Source: Leptogorgia sarmentosa
Lineage: Eukaryota
DNA: 64,000 nt
NCBI GenBank assembly: GCA_964658305.1
Contig: OZ210885.1
Span: 21,266,001 to 21,330,000, forward strand
Reading direction: 5' to 3'
Shown: positions 34,761 through 46,190 of the stretch, one piece after another
How the letters are laid out: the number at the start of each line of letters is the position of its first letter
Position numbering within the stretch: position 1 is the stretch's first letter
Translations under genes and position numbers: made by a program
Notes under the pieces: generated by a model
Seen by the model: only the letters and a program-made list of their open reading frames with translations
Told to the model about the DNA's origin: nothing
Database searches by the model: none

Positions 34761-37510
34761 TATTATTATTATTATTATTATTAAGTCTTTATTTGAAAAG
34801 GAAGGAGGCACAACAAACGTGTGCCTTTACAGTTCCAATAGAATAATTACAAAGTTAAATATATTTACAGTGATTAAAATTACCTAATTAAAATAGTCAA
34901 ATAGACATCTATTTAAAAATAAGCGTTTGAAACGTTCCGTTTTAATCGTTGGTAGGGTAAAAGAATGTTTACGTTCCCTTAAGAGTCTAGATCTCTTTCC
35001 TGGGAGTAGATTATATAAAACATGATCGGGGTCATTTACAATTTTATCAAATAATAATTTGTCTTTCTCCTCTATTAGTTGCGCTATTTTGTGCTCTTTC
35101 AGGGTATATCCAAATCGATAAGCTCGTCGGAAAAATTTGTCGATTCGTTGTAGATATTTTTTCTGCAAAGCAGATCCCCAAACTTCGATTCCATAGTGGA
35201 ATAGTGATAGAATAAGAGTTTCAAACAATAGGTTTAGGTTTTCTTTTGTATAACCATACCATCTGCAAATTCTAAGGATATACATGCGGCTGGCAGCTTT
35301 CGATAGCAGAGAATCGACTTGTAAGTCCCAACAGCAAGGATCATCCTGAAAAGTAATTCCAAGAAGTTTTAACCATTTTTTTCGCTCTATACCGTCCAAT
35401 TGAAGCGGCAATGGCTTCGTTGATTTACCACGCACTACCATTTCCCACGTTTTAGACATATTGATGTCCATCCTGTTTTCACTCGCCCATCCTTTAATAT
35501 TTCTAACTTCACTAGCTGCTGAATCTCCAGTATTTGACACAGGAGCACTTACAGTCAGGTCGTCGGCAAATTTAGTCAATAAATTTCTGTCAGGATTTTC
35601 AAGATTGATATCATTAACCATGAGTGAGAATAAGAAAGGACCAATAACAGTTCCCTGCGGATCTCCCCTGTTGATATCTAGAAAATCAGTCTCCATTCCA
35701 TCTACCACAACTCGTTGCTTTCGCTTTGTTAAAAAATCTAAGATCCAGTTAATAATATACGGATTAAGCTTCGTCTGCTTTAACTTTTCACACAGAATAT
35801 CATGAGGTACAGAATCGAATGCCTTGCTGAAGTCAAAGGAAATGACTCTTACAGAATCAACTTCTTCATCTTCCAGCCATTTAAGCCACTGGTGTTGACA
35901 TTTGATAAGTGCAGTAGTGGTGTTTAAGCCTGTCTGATATGCGAATTGATCCTTTCCAATAATAGAATTCAAGTGCGGTCTAATTTCCTGTTTAAAAACA
36001 AGCTTTTCGAAAAGTCTCATCATTATATTTGTCAATGAAATTGGTCTTAACTGATTGCAATCCGAAAAAGGCAATTCTTTTGGGATCGGGGTAAGGTTGG
36101 CCAGTTTCCAAATATTAGGGACACACTGCTGCTCCAATGATAAATTTAATAACCGTGTCAATACAGGGGCAAGGTATGCAGCAAAATCCTTCCACAACCA
36201 GAAGGGAAGCCCCTCAGGACCAGTTCGCTTTAAGTTTAACATTGCGTTTTTGACACTATTCTCGTCGACGGTAGGGATACTAGTTCCCTCTGGGATTAAT
36301 AAGGGTACCGGAGTAATATACTGGGTATCCGTATTAATTCTTTGAAAAAACGTATTCATCTGTTGCGGATCGATTACAGAGCTCACCCTGTTATCATTAG
36401 TGCTTCGACCGGTAATTTTATTGACCGTTCTCCACCATTCCTTTGACCCTCGTTTGGATTTTCTATTTTCGTCCTTAACAGCACGAATTTGATTCTCACG
36501 GATTAATTTGTTGATTTTTTCTTGAAGTTCAGTACTGATTCCTTTTCTTAATTGCTTATTTCGCGTCTTGCATAAATATTTTACCAAAGGAGTCATATAT
36601 GGGGGATCCTTTGAGGAAACCTTTACTTTAGTTAGAGGAAAACAGTCGCTCAGCATGCCTCTAATTACATCAGTTAGGCTGTTAGGGTAGATACCGCCTC
36701 ACTAACATCATTCGTGTTATTCACACTAGTCCAATTATATTCTTTTAATCTTTTATCCATCTCTATCTTGCGGTGCTCCCTTACATCTCTAAAAAACACG
36801 TGTTTTCTCTCCGCTTTTACATGGGTTCGAGGCGATACCATAACAGCTAAGTGATCAGATCTGACGAGACTAGCAAAAACGGTGGGAACTTTCCAAATAT
36901 ATGGTCGATTTGTCAAAAAAACATCCAACGTCTTAAGACCTCTGGTTGATTTTTTTACCAGTTGTTCCAAATTTTGCTGTCTAATAAGTTCTGTTATCTT
37001 AAGTTGGTTAATGTCACCGGCAATTATTATACTTGCACTGGGGTCTAAAAGCAGGATTTGTTCGCAACAATTGGACAGATAGTCAAGTAGATCTTGTTCT
37101 AAATACGTAGGATCCGTCAGTTGCAGCGTCACCGCCACCTTTGGAGCTCAATACACGGACCTCATTCGGACTAGCGGGAAAATCGCTCACCAAGTTAATA
37201 ATATCGTTTTCGTGATTCATATCTTGAGGAGGATGCAAATTTCCTGCGCTTTTGCCGTTGTTATTCCAATTGTTTGTCAGATTCTCTTGTAGATTAGAAA
37301 CAACTTCGGTAAGATATAAAACCGAGTCAGACACCGATTGAATGGCCTCACTGTTGTTATCTTGGCCAGATTTTAGATCTTCAATATCGTTTATAACAGC
37401 CTCACAGGAGTCACATTTCGGTATGACTCGCTCTGTCTGGCTCGAAGTGGTTGCCTTGTTTACAACGTTCGTATCTGCAGAATCGCTTCCTGGATTAAGG
37501 TTTTCTCCAA
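34761..37510 (-). mobile_element. CR1-group (L2/Crack/Daphne-like) LINE, 5'-truncated or internally deleted, with (TAA)n tail
   Basis: RT ORF 34884-36656 (RPISLT, DFSKAFD, PQGTVIGP, FADD). APE C-terminal part 36674-37138 (AGDIN, LDVFL, SDH). Coiled-coil ORF1-like piece ~37140-37500. (ATT)n at 34761-34783. Confidence 0.9.
34884..36656 (-). CDS. LINE reverse transcriptase (separated from the endonuclease part by a stop at 36674)
   Basis: Non-LTR RT motifs as listed for the LINE; 590 aa open frame. Confidence 0.88.
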   Translation of the reverse strand: MLSDCFPLTKVKVSSKDPPYMTPLVKYLCKTRNKQLRKGISTELQEKINKLIRENQIRAVKDENRKSKRGSKEWWRTVNKITGRSTNDNRVSSVIDPQQMNTFFQRINTDTQYITPVPLLIPEGTSIPTVDENSVKNAMLNLKRTGPEGLPFWLWKDFAAYLAPVLTRLLNLSLEQQCVPNIWKLANLTPIPKELPFSDCNQLRPISLTNIMMRLFEKLVFKQEIRPHLNSIIGKDQFAYQTGLNTTTALIKCQHQWLKWLEDEEVDSVRVISFDFSKAFDSVPHDILCEKLKQTKLNPYIINWILDFLTKRKQRVVVDGMETDFLDINRGDPQGTVIGPFLFSLMVNDINLENPDRNLLTKFADDLTVSAPVSNTGDSAASEVRNIKGWASENRMDINMSKTWEMVVRGKSTKPLPLQLDGIERKKWLKLLGITFQDDPCCWDLQVDSLLSKAASRMYILRICRWYGYTKENLNLLFETLILSLFHYGIEVWGSALQKKYLQRIDKFFRRAYRFGYTLKEHKIAQLIEEKDKLLFDKIVNDPDHVLYNLLPGKRSRLLRERKHSFTLPTIKTERFKRLFLNRCLFDYFN

Positions 37511-38626
37511 ACGTTAGGTAGAATAGTTGTGTGATTTTGTTTACTTCAGCCACAAAAATCACAAAGATTTTTATATAATACAAGGAGGATAGACGAATCT
37601 AAGTTTATATATTAATAATAGCTATATTACTATATAGCTTTTCAAATTCACGATATTTTTCAATAATCTATTGTTATAACTATTTGGCAGGCTTAGTAAA
37701 TTTGTCCATGCATGGTATCAGACTTTTCTATTTTATCTTTCTTTTGATCTATATCTTTTTTAACTCTTCTTCATGCATGAGTCAATAAGTATGTTGTCTC
37801 TATTTTGTGATGGATGTTTCTTGGACGTCCTTGAAGAAAGGCAGATCGCACATTTGATTACAATAAACTGAAATAATGATTCTAAAAATGTCGAAATATC
37901 AACGCATTTCTTTGCAATGTTGTGTGCGGTTTTTATCGACAACCATGATTGCAGCGCAGGCCAGCAGGCGGAATGAACGCTTGCGTAGACGTCTTGTTTT
38001 TAATCAACTTGTTTCCCCAATTTTGAACTTCACGTGGGTAACATTAAAACGAGTGAACCGTGTATAAGGTGACGCATTAGCGTAGGTTTTGTAAAGAACG
38101 AGGGTAACATTGAGATTGTAAACAAGTGGACCGTGTATAAAGTGATTGTAAACAAGTGGACCCTATAAAGTGAACGTGCAACAGGAACATAATTATGTTG
38201 GGGATTCACAAATCGATATGTTCGTAATATGAGTCTCATGATATGTTTTCCATTTAGAATCAACATGTTTCCCTAATTCTAAACTTTACGAGTTTAACAG
38301 ACCCAACCAATCTGAGAGAATTCACGAATCAAACGATTCGTACCAATCGTACGAAATGTCATGGATGCGGAGTCAGCTCACCGGATACAGACAATGAGAT
38401 CATCATTAAGCACCAGCATAATATTATTATACCGGATATCACGATGATAATTATTAACAATTTACCAATAGAACGAGTCGAACGAATCTATGTAGTATTC
38501 ACGAATCGTTAAGAGTCGAGGGTATTGGACAAGTATGTGATGATGATAGTATGGGACTGGTATCTGGATATAGATATAGTATCTGGTTGTTCTACAGTGT
38601 TATAACAATTACAAAAAAATTCTTTA

Positions 38627-39380
38627 GGCATATTGTGGCAGTTGTGCATTTCAACGCGAACCTGCACAGGGATGTGAAAGAAAGAGAAAAAGACAGGGCA
38701 GAAAGGATAAAAGTCGTTTATCCAAAATTTAAAAATGGCGAGGCAACTGTACGTCAAAATAAAGCAGGATTTTGGTACGTTTAAGAGTATTATAACATTT
38801 ATGATATTATATGTTATGTACAGTACATAGTGAAAAACTTTCCTGCTTTGAAGTTTGCATTTGGCTATTATGGGCCTACCACTATATATGTATAGGTACA
38901 ATCTATTTCAACCAGTTATTCCAGCTATAAAAATAGCAAGTACATGTATTTTCTAAAATATCAAGTTTTTTTTGTATGTTTCTACTCTCTGTAGGTTATG
39001 TGGAAGATATATTCCAGGCATTTATGAAGGCTAGTACAGATGACCTTATGGCCGCAGCAAAGGAATTAAAAGATAAAACCCCTCCACCTATGAACACAAT
39101 GATGAACAAACAGTCAAGAGGTGATGCTTTGGCTAAGAGAGGAGCCAGGAGTGAGATGGTGACACCAAGTATTCCTCCAACTGCACCAGGTATCTGTTTT
39201 CTGTCCATGCCCTTCTGAATACTTCAATTACTGCTGCTAAATGCTTCATTTCTTGTATAACACAGTGCCTAAAGTAATTGCAAAGACAAAGGAAAGGCAG
39301 CCACCAAAATGCAGTCTGTGCAAGCAGCCAATGAAAGGACACAAAAATGTTGGCAATTGCCCAAAGAATAAAAATACATG
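38627..39380 (+). pseudogene. Kolobok transposase 3' exons
   Basis: HIVAVVHFNANLHR..KVVYPKFKNGEATVR, then YVEDIFQAF..PPPM, then PPKCSLCKQPMKGH. These continue the protein interrupted at 11062. Confidence 0.8.
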
Positions 39381-39463
39381 AATATCAATTTACACTATTT
39401 TGTAGTTTTTCAATTGTTTTTCTTTCATGGAAGTGGTACCAATATGTAGTATATGTGGGAAAA

Positions 39464-39637
39464 TCAGCTTTCATCATCTTCATCTATTTCAAATCCAGTT
39501 AATTCCTCATCCATGCTCGGTGGGAATTGCTTTCTGATTGCTGTATAAGCACATGCAGGCAATGGAATTCTTTTTGTTCCCAGTACACCATATACCATGC
39601 GTGAAAATTCACGGTATGACACACTTCGTAAAAATCT
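39464..39637 (-). pseudogene. Last exon of the Kolobok second gene (KolX; P2X7 C-terminal ballast-like domain), convergent with the transposase
   Basis: FLRSVSYREFSRMVYGVLGTKRIPLPACAYTAIRKQFP..LTGF, preceded by a CAG acceptor. Confidence 0.8.
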
Positions 39638-40179
39638 GTAAACAGAACGTGTTGTCAGGACTTGTGAGAGTATGGTAAAATTTTGTGTTTTCCAAAAAAA
39701 TATTGGGTAAAGGAAAATAAAATGAAGTTTGATTGAGAATGCATTATTACTTCATTCAAGAAAAATATAGAAAGCATAAGCAATAAGCTTAAAAAGAGCA
39801 TCCCCAAGGGCTTTAGTGACACAGTTCTCAGAGCAAGCACCTTTATTTCTGCCATTGTGGGTTTAATGTTCACTGTGGACACAAAATAATTCTTTTTTCA
39901 AAAGGTAATGGTGTTTCTCCAGGTACACCTTTTTCCTTTCACAGGGAACATTATCAAACCCTTTCACCAAAGCTGTACTCCCTAATCTGACATACAGTAA
40001 GTTATATGGTGGCATTTTTTGAAAGCTTCCTTCCTAATCATGCTGAATTACAATAGCAATCGCTCTTCGAGCTCGTGCAATTTTGAGGCTTTGAAAAACT
40101 CAACCGTGCATATTATATCCAATTGCACTCGAAACCTATCTATTACCTATACAAATTTCTTTAAATATCAACGGCACAA

Positions 40180-40550
40180 ATGGGACGAAACAGAAGGGGA
40201 CAAAACAGGATGGGACGAAACGACAAGATACCAAGAGAACGGTTTGGTATAGCTAGTAATGAAATTTGGCAAACTATGTTTATAATTGGCATGCTTTTGG
40301 TAGTAATGATATACTTTTATATTAACTGGACGAGAAGTAGCTATCTTTATTATCGACCATATAAAGTGTAATTAGCAGTTAATCAAAGGCAGTATCATAA
40401 CTCCAAATCCCAATATTACAATTGTTTTTGATTTACCTATACTTTAAACTGTTGCTGGCTAGGTGACCAGTCAAAATGGCCCCGAGGCAAAACGGCCCTG
40501 CATCCAATAGCCAAAACGGCCGCATATCTGATGGTCAAAACGGCCCCATA
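40180..40550. repeat. Two clusters of short iterated motifs typical of DNA-transposon termini (GGGACGAAAC x3; CAAAACGGCCC x4)
   Basis: Clusters at 40181-40225 and 40462-40548; partner ends not found. Confidence 0.45.
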
Positions 40551-41539
40551 CAAATGACTTATATTAATACTATATACATGAACTCATATACGATTGTTAG
40601 GTTTTTGTAATATTTTTTTTCTTACTCTCTAGTATTGCATTTAGTGGTTAGGGTTAGAATGCTACGGTTAGATTTATGGTTTGGGACTTGTTTATTTTGT
40701 GAAAATTATGTGCCAAAGGACCGATCTGCTTCAAGGTATCTGAAATAACCCTGACCATAAATATAAAGAAAGGTCTATTGAATATGCCTAAGGTCTATTT
40801 GACCAGTAAGCGCTGGCTATTGTGAGTATTCTCAAATTTTAAATCGTTATTGTGCTGGCAACCACTTTGAGTCTTTAACTCAGTGTGTGCAATTTCACTG
40901 GGGAAAAACATGTTGCACATCCATTGAATGAAAATAGTAATATGGATCTTGTTTGGATAGAATGGATTTTTTATTATCCATAATAATTGTATATATCCAT
41001 ACTATGAATATATCTATACTGTGGATATAGTATCGAAATAGAATGGATAAACTATGGATTTAGTGGTGCAATTGCAAATACATGGTAAAAGTGTAAAATG
41101 TATAGCCTGCATCACAAGTGGTGTATAGCCTGCTAGTGTGTATTTTGTCTCTAGCTGTAGCTCACACAACAAATAGTACTGTCACTATTAGTCAACACCA
41201 ATAACATCGAAATCGGTGTCCTCTATGTAGTGGTGCTACCGGTGGGTTGGGAAAGGCTGTAGCACGGAACCTTTTACAACCCCAACACAATTTGAGTACA
41301 TGTTTTGTCAGCTTGCATAGTCATGGGATCAAAAATTTCTGACGAGTCTCTGCCATAGTCGAAATGATTCTGCCATGTAACATTGTCTTGTGAGCTTTCT
41401 CCACCTATTTCTCGCAAGTAAGGTTGAGTCCGAAATGAACACCGGATATTCTCCAACAAGTCGTCCCTTGCATACGAGAATCTCATCGGCATTGACCAAG
41501 TTCAATTGGGCCCGATATTCTTCGAACTTAGAATCACTC

Positions 41540-42364
41540 TAAATTTTTGACTCTATTACAAAGTCATCTTCAGACAGAATGAAATACAATACTTTACACA
41601 ACACATATATATACAACGCAGAGAGAGAGCATCTGTCATGTGGGCGGAAAGAAGGATTATCCAAGCGAAGCGAAACATGATAAAGAAAATAGTAATGACT
41701 GAAAATGTGGGGCAACATTTTTCTGAGTGTGAACATGCTCAATTTTTAGCAACTTTACAAGACCAGTTCACATTACTCAATGATCTTCCTTCGCCTGCTG
41801 ACAACTCTTCTCCTATTGAAAACCTTGTTTTCAACAGCTACAGAATACTTCACATTACAAAATCTAACAACTAGAACATTCTTGCTTTTCTTGAAGCGCT
41901 GCTTATCAAACACAACAAACCTTTTCTTAACACTGGACTTAAAGCCAGTAAAGAACTACAACTGTTCACATAACACTTTAACTGTATCTTCTTCTACATG
42001 TCCGGTCTTCCTCTTTTTCTCTTTCTACCTTAATACTTTTAATATATTAAACATTGTTGTAAATATAGCTTAATTTTCCATTTTCAGTCATTACTATTTT
42101 CTTTATCATGTTTCGCTTCGCTTGGATAATCCTTCTTTCCACCCACATGGCACATGCTCTCTCTCTGCGTTGTATATATATATGTGTTGTGTAAAGTATT
42201 GTATTTCATTCTGTCTGAAGATGACTTTGTAATAGAGTCGAAAATTTACAGTATCAAACTGCGTCTTGTTTTGAATCATATATTGTATTCTCAAGATGTC
42301 CTGTTTTTTTTTTCGGAATTTGTTTCTTACTTTATTTTTTTAAATTGTCGGCTGGTCATGGTTT
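41540..42364 (+). mobile_element. Penelope-like retroelement 3' fragment with inverted pseudo-LTR
   Basis: GIY-YIG C-terminus LAFLEALLIKHNKPFLNTGLKASKELQLF (~41880-41970). 41541-41707 is the inverse of 42079-42247. 12-bp TSD TTAGAATCACTC at 41528-39 and 42365-76; removal restores BEL EGMSDSKFEE. Confidence 0.88.
42208..42254 (+). ncRNA. Minimal type I hammerhead ribozyme in the Penelope pLTR
   Basis: ATTCTGT, core CTGAAGA, stem II GACT..AGTC, GAAA, palindromic AAATTT, then ACAGTAT pairing with the 5' arm. Confidence 0.7.
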
Positions 42365-43991
42365 TTAGAATCACTCATTCCTTCCTCTTGTGCTCTCTTG
42401 ATCCAAAATGCTTCCTGACGTGATATCTCTGTAGTCGTTAGAGGGCCTCGAATATTGCTCAAACTAGGGGTGCACCGGATATCTTATCCGGCTGGATAAT
42501 AGAACATTTCTGATATCCGGTATCCGGCCAAATATCTTTCAGAATCCAGCTGGATATCGGATTATGTTTTCAAAAATATTTCTATATTCAGAGTACATTT
42601 GTTCAGAAAAAACTGACGAGGCAGGAGTGCACAACAGCTTTCGCGCAAGTTCGTGTAACAACGGGAACCGCATCGTTTCTCTCCACCACTCTAGTGGGTC
42701 TTTATTTTTGGGTAGTAACCGAAGCTTCATGAACTGGTCGACTTTTTCTGCAGCTTTCATTAGGCACGCACTTTCATCATGTTGCCTATCCGAATTGCCT
42801 GATTCTTGAGCATTGTGTTTTTCTGCAATCTCCTTGAAACATGCTTTGAAAAGTTCATCAGGCTTCGCTTTTTTGATGGAGAAGGAACAGATTGGGAGAC
42901 GTCATTAGGCTGATCCCTTGAATTGTCGCTAAATGTGCGATTTTGCGCTGAAGTTGAATCGTGATTGCCATGATGATGAACTAAGAGTTCAAGAAGCCAA
43001 GGCTTTGGCCCTGTCCTTCTCCTGGCTTTAGATATCAGTGGAGTCTACAGAAAAGAATCGCTTTTGAAGCGACTTGAAAAGGTCTCCCTAGTTGACTGCA
43101 TGCCTTGATCACTTTCTCCTATCTTTGTGATGGAAATAACTCGAGTGTAGTGAGATTAGGTATAACACTGGATAAAATTGAGCACTCAGCTATGGAGTTA
43201 GGGAGGGGACAAAATTATTAATACGTATCGTAGGGCCGTTTTACGATGTGGAGTAGCCTCATATAATATTGGTTTTGCATGTCGAGTCTCGTTTCATTTC
43301 TTCGAATCGCATTTCACATTTCGTATTCCGTAGTCAGCGGTTTTATTTCACCAAGTTGAACCTTACGGTATAAACTCGTCAGCTACTTTTCCCGCCACTT
43401 AAGTACTTCATAAAAGCCTCATCCCTTTTTCGCAAAATGGCGGAAAACATGTGGTATCTGTGTTACAATCTGCCATTGAGCAGATTCGGAATCAGAGTGA
43501 ACCAAGTCATGCAACTGTAACAACAACATCGTCGCAAATTTCTAAGCAAAATCAAGAATCGATACCAAGCACAAGTATAACAGCCAATCCATCAACTCTT
43601 CCTTTCGGCATCGCCACAAGCATTGCAAAGACAAAGTTTCAATCAAGCGGTACAACGCGATTTTAGGTATAGGTTTTTTTTCTATTTACGTATCTATAAA
43701 CAGGCTTTGTGAAGCTATACTTACAGCACTACATATAAATATAACATAAAAATATACTGTCATAGAATATCCATACACTTTAGCATTAGCATAGTAAAAA
43801 GGTGTTTCTTTTGTTTTGATAGCCTAGCGTTTCCCAGCCTTGTAGGTGGGGGTAGAAGGCTACCTATTCGAAACCCCCAACCATTCAAAAAGCAAAAGGT
43901 AGTCTTTATTCAGCCCAAGAAGTCATGGACGCATGACTTTTGTCTTCTGGTTAACAGCAATCAAAGCATTATCCCATCTCTGAAACATCAG

Positions 43992-44229
43992 GGGCCAGTT
44001 GTTCAAAGCTAGGTTAAGGCTAATCTTGGGTTTAAATTTAACCCAGCGCTTTAGTTTGTCTATTTCTGCACATCTGTTTACTTGGAAACTTAAAAAAAGA
44101 AAACTCTTAATGATCTAGATAAGATTTCCGGAGAAACATTTTTAAATCCATCAACAAATTGTTGGAGAATTTGTGATGAATTTAAAGTTAACCCAGGATT
44201 AAACTAACTGGCTTTTGAACAACTGGCCC
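43992..44229. mobile_element. PIF/Harbinger-type MITE
   Basis: TIR GGGCCAGTTGTTCAAA / TTTGAACAACTGGCCC flanked by CAG and CTG (CWG target). Confidence 0.85.
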
Positions 44230-46190
44230 CTGGGCACACTGACAAACAGGCAATGTTTTCAAAGTTAAGATCAGTCTTAGAAACTGAATATCCCAAATTA
44301 AAGTCAGGATGGTGCGTTTGAGTTAATGTGGGCTGAAGGTGGTGGGTATTCACGGCCTCTTTGTCTGGTACCAATCCCATCAAATGGATATAGCGTGCCT
44401 TATCTTAAGGAGATGGTTGGTGCCACCACAACCATTTATATACGACCAATGAAAGAGTCTTTATCAGTTGAAAAAGCTCCTTTGTCACTCAGTCCCACTA
44501 GCCCATTAACTGAATATCCAATGTGTAATAAGCAAGTGCCAATATTTGCCTTACGTCAGCATTCTAAAGACTGTCACGCCACAAACATTGATAGCGAGAT
44601 AGAGGAAAACGAAGACTTCTTCAAAGAGGATATTGATGAATTCATTCCAGAGTGTGATATTATGCCTTGAGAGAATTGCATCCATTGCCACTACTATCGA
44701 TGACGCAGCATGCCTTCTTCTTGATATGCAGGAAGTTGAAGAAGAGGAAGAAAATCTGTCCTTAGAAGATTTAATTGAATCATTTGTGGAGAGAAACGCG
44801 ATATCAGGTGATGAAAACGTGCTCGTAGACAGAGAAACATTTTGGTTGGACGTGGTCAAACTCTATAAAAGATCGCTTAACAAACCAGAGAGATCTTACG
44901 AAAAGAACTCTGTGTCTCATTCAAAAATAGGTACACAAAGTGTACTTGTATCTGCGCCTATGTAGCTGATGATCAGGTCTTCTTTGTTTTCAGCTTTTCG
45001 ATACACGCATCTTATCTGCCCCTAACATGCGATCTTGCATGTATAAAATGGTTTACTGCTAGGGAATGGGCGAATAGCACAAATCTAATTCCTTTCAAGA
45101 CGTGAGGTTGTTTCATGACTATCTCGCATTCCGGAATTCCCGCGATCATATATCAAATTGCATAAGGAATTGAAACTTGACAACATATGATATCGCATTT
45201 TATGTTATTGCGTCTTTAAAATAGACACAGCGCTTCGCGATTGTTTGTGAAAAATGTGGCTCTCTAAAAACGAAATTTACCCTTTTCAATACCGTATCAT
45301 AATAATATATTTATATACAATATATTCTGTCCATCCATGCGCATTTGCGTAGGCTAAAGTGTATGTATGATCGGTATGCGCATTGCGCGTAGGTTCAAAA
45401 CAGAATACTTGAAACTATATATGATTTCATTTGTTTTGTCTCGCGCTTAATAAACGCACAAACCTGTTTTATTACAAGCTACGAAATCTTAGTCCATCAC
45501 CTGACCAGTTGCTAATACTCATCTCAGGAGAACAGATAAGACCGATTCTAAATGAAAGCTTAACTATTTAGCTTTCAAAAAATGTCTTGGCGGACATCTA
45601 GAATGGTAGCTTTCCTATAGAAATTTGACTTTTAAGAGAGGTGATTGAAATCACTGATAGCCGCCATTTTGTCTCCAAGAGGAAACCCGCATATTCGAAA
45701 CAATATCATTTCGCAAATTGAAACACCGTCAAAAGCAATAAAATATCTGCTTGAATTGTATAAAGGATTCATTTATATATATATATATATTCAAATTCAA
45801 CCATTAGAGATAATCCACTAGCAATTTTTTTCGAACTTTTTCTGGCGATTTGTCTAAAAAATATTTGTTCCCCTCGAAAAACTGTCACTGTTATGTACGT
45901 ATATATATAAAGGAAAATCGAGTTGATCTAACTTTACTTGCTATACTCAGTCACTTTCAACGTGATAGTGTGGTTTCAATTAATCCGTGAAACAAAATCT
46001 AATATTCAGTGCATAATAGTTTGATATAGACAAAACAAAACAATAGAAATGGGGTTACATAGTGCGTATTAGTCTACTAACTATTTTACAGATTAATTGA
46101 AACCACTCTCTATATAGTTAGCTTACTAAATGCTAGCCCGATATATTTAACTAAGTAGATGTCTAACAAGGTTTACCTTGTAGAACTTTT

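Larger units (their letters stand above)
11063..38520. mobile_element. Putative large DNA transposon (KDZ/Zisupton-related) inserted in the Kolobok transposase; boundaries approximate
   Basis: Kolobok coding stops at 11062 and resumes at ~38627. GATTCG/CGAATC-rich repeat blocks at 11063-11295 and, inverted, at 38290-38510 flank a KDZ-like transposase gene. No TSD was found. Confidence 0.5.

Noticed and set aside
39464..39637. P2X7 receptor gene
   Set aside because: Only the ballast-like motif is present, convergent with a Kolobok transposase; no channel domain.
40640..40670. Telomere-like GGTTAG motifs or the Kolobok right end
   Set aside because: Only two or three degenerate units, and no match to the Kolobok left terminus.
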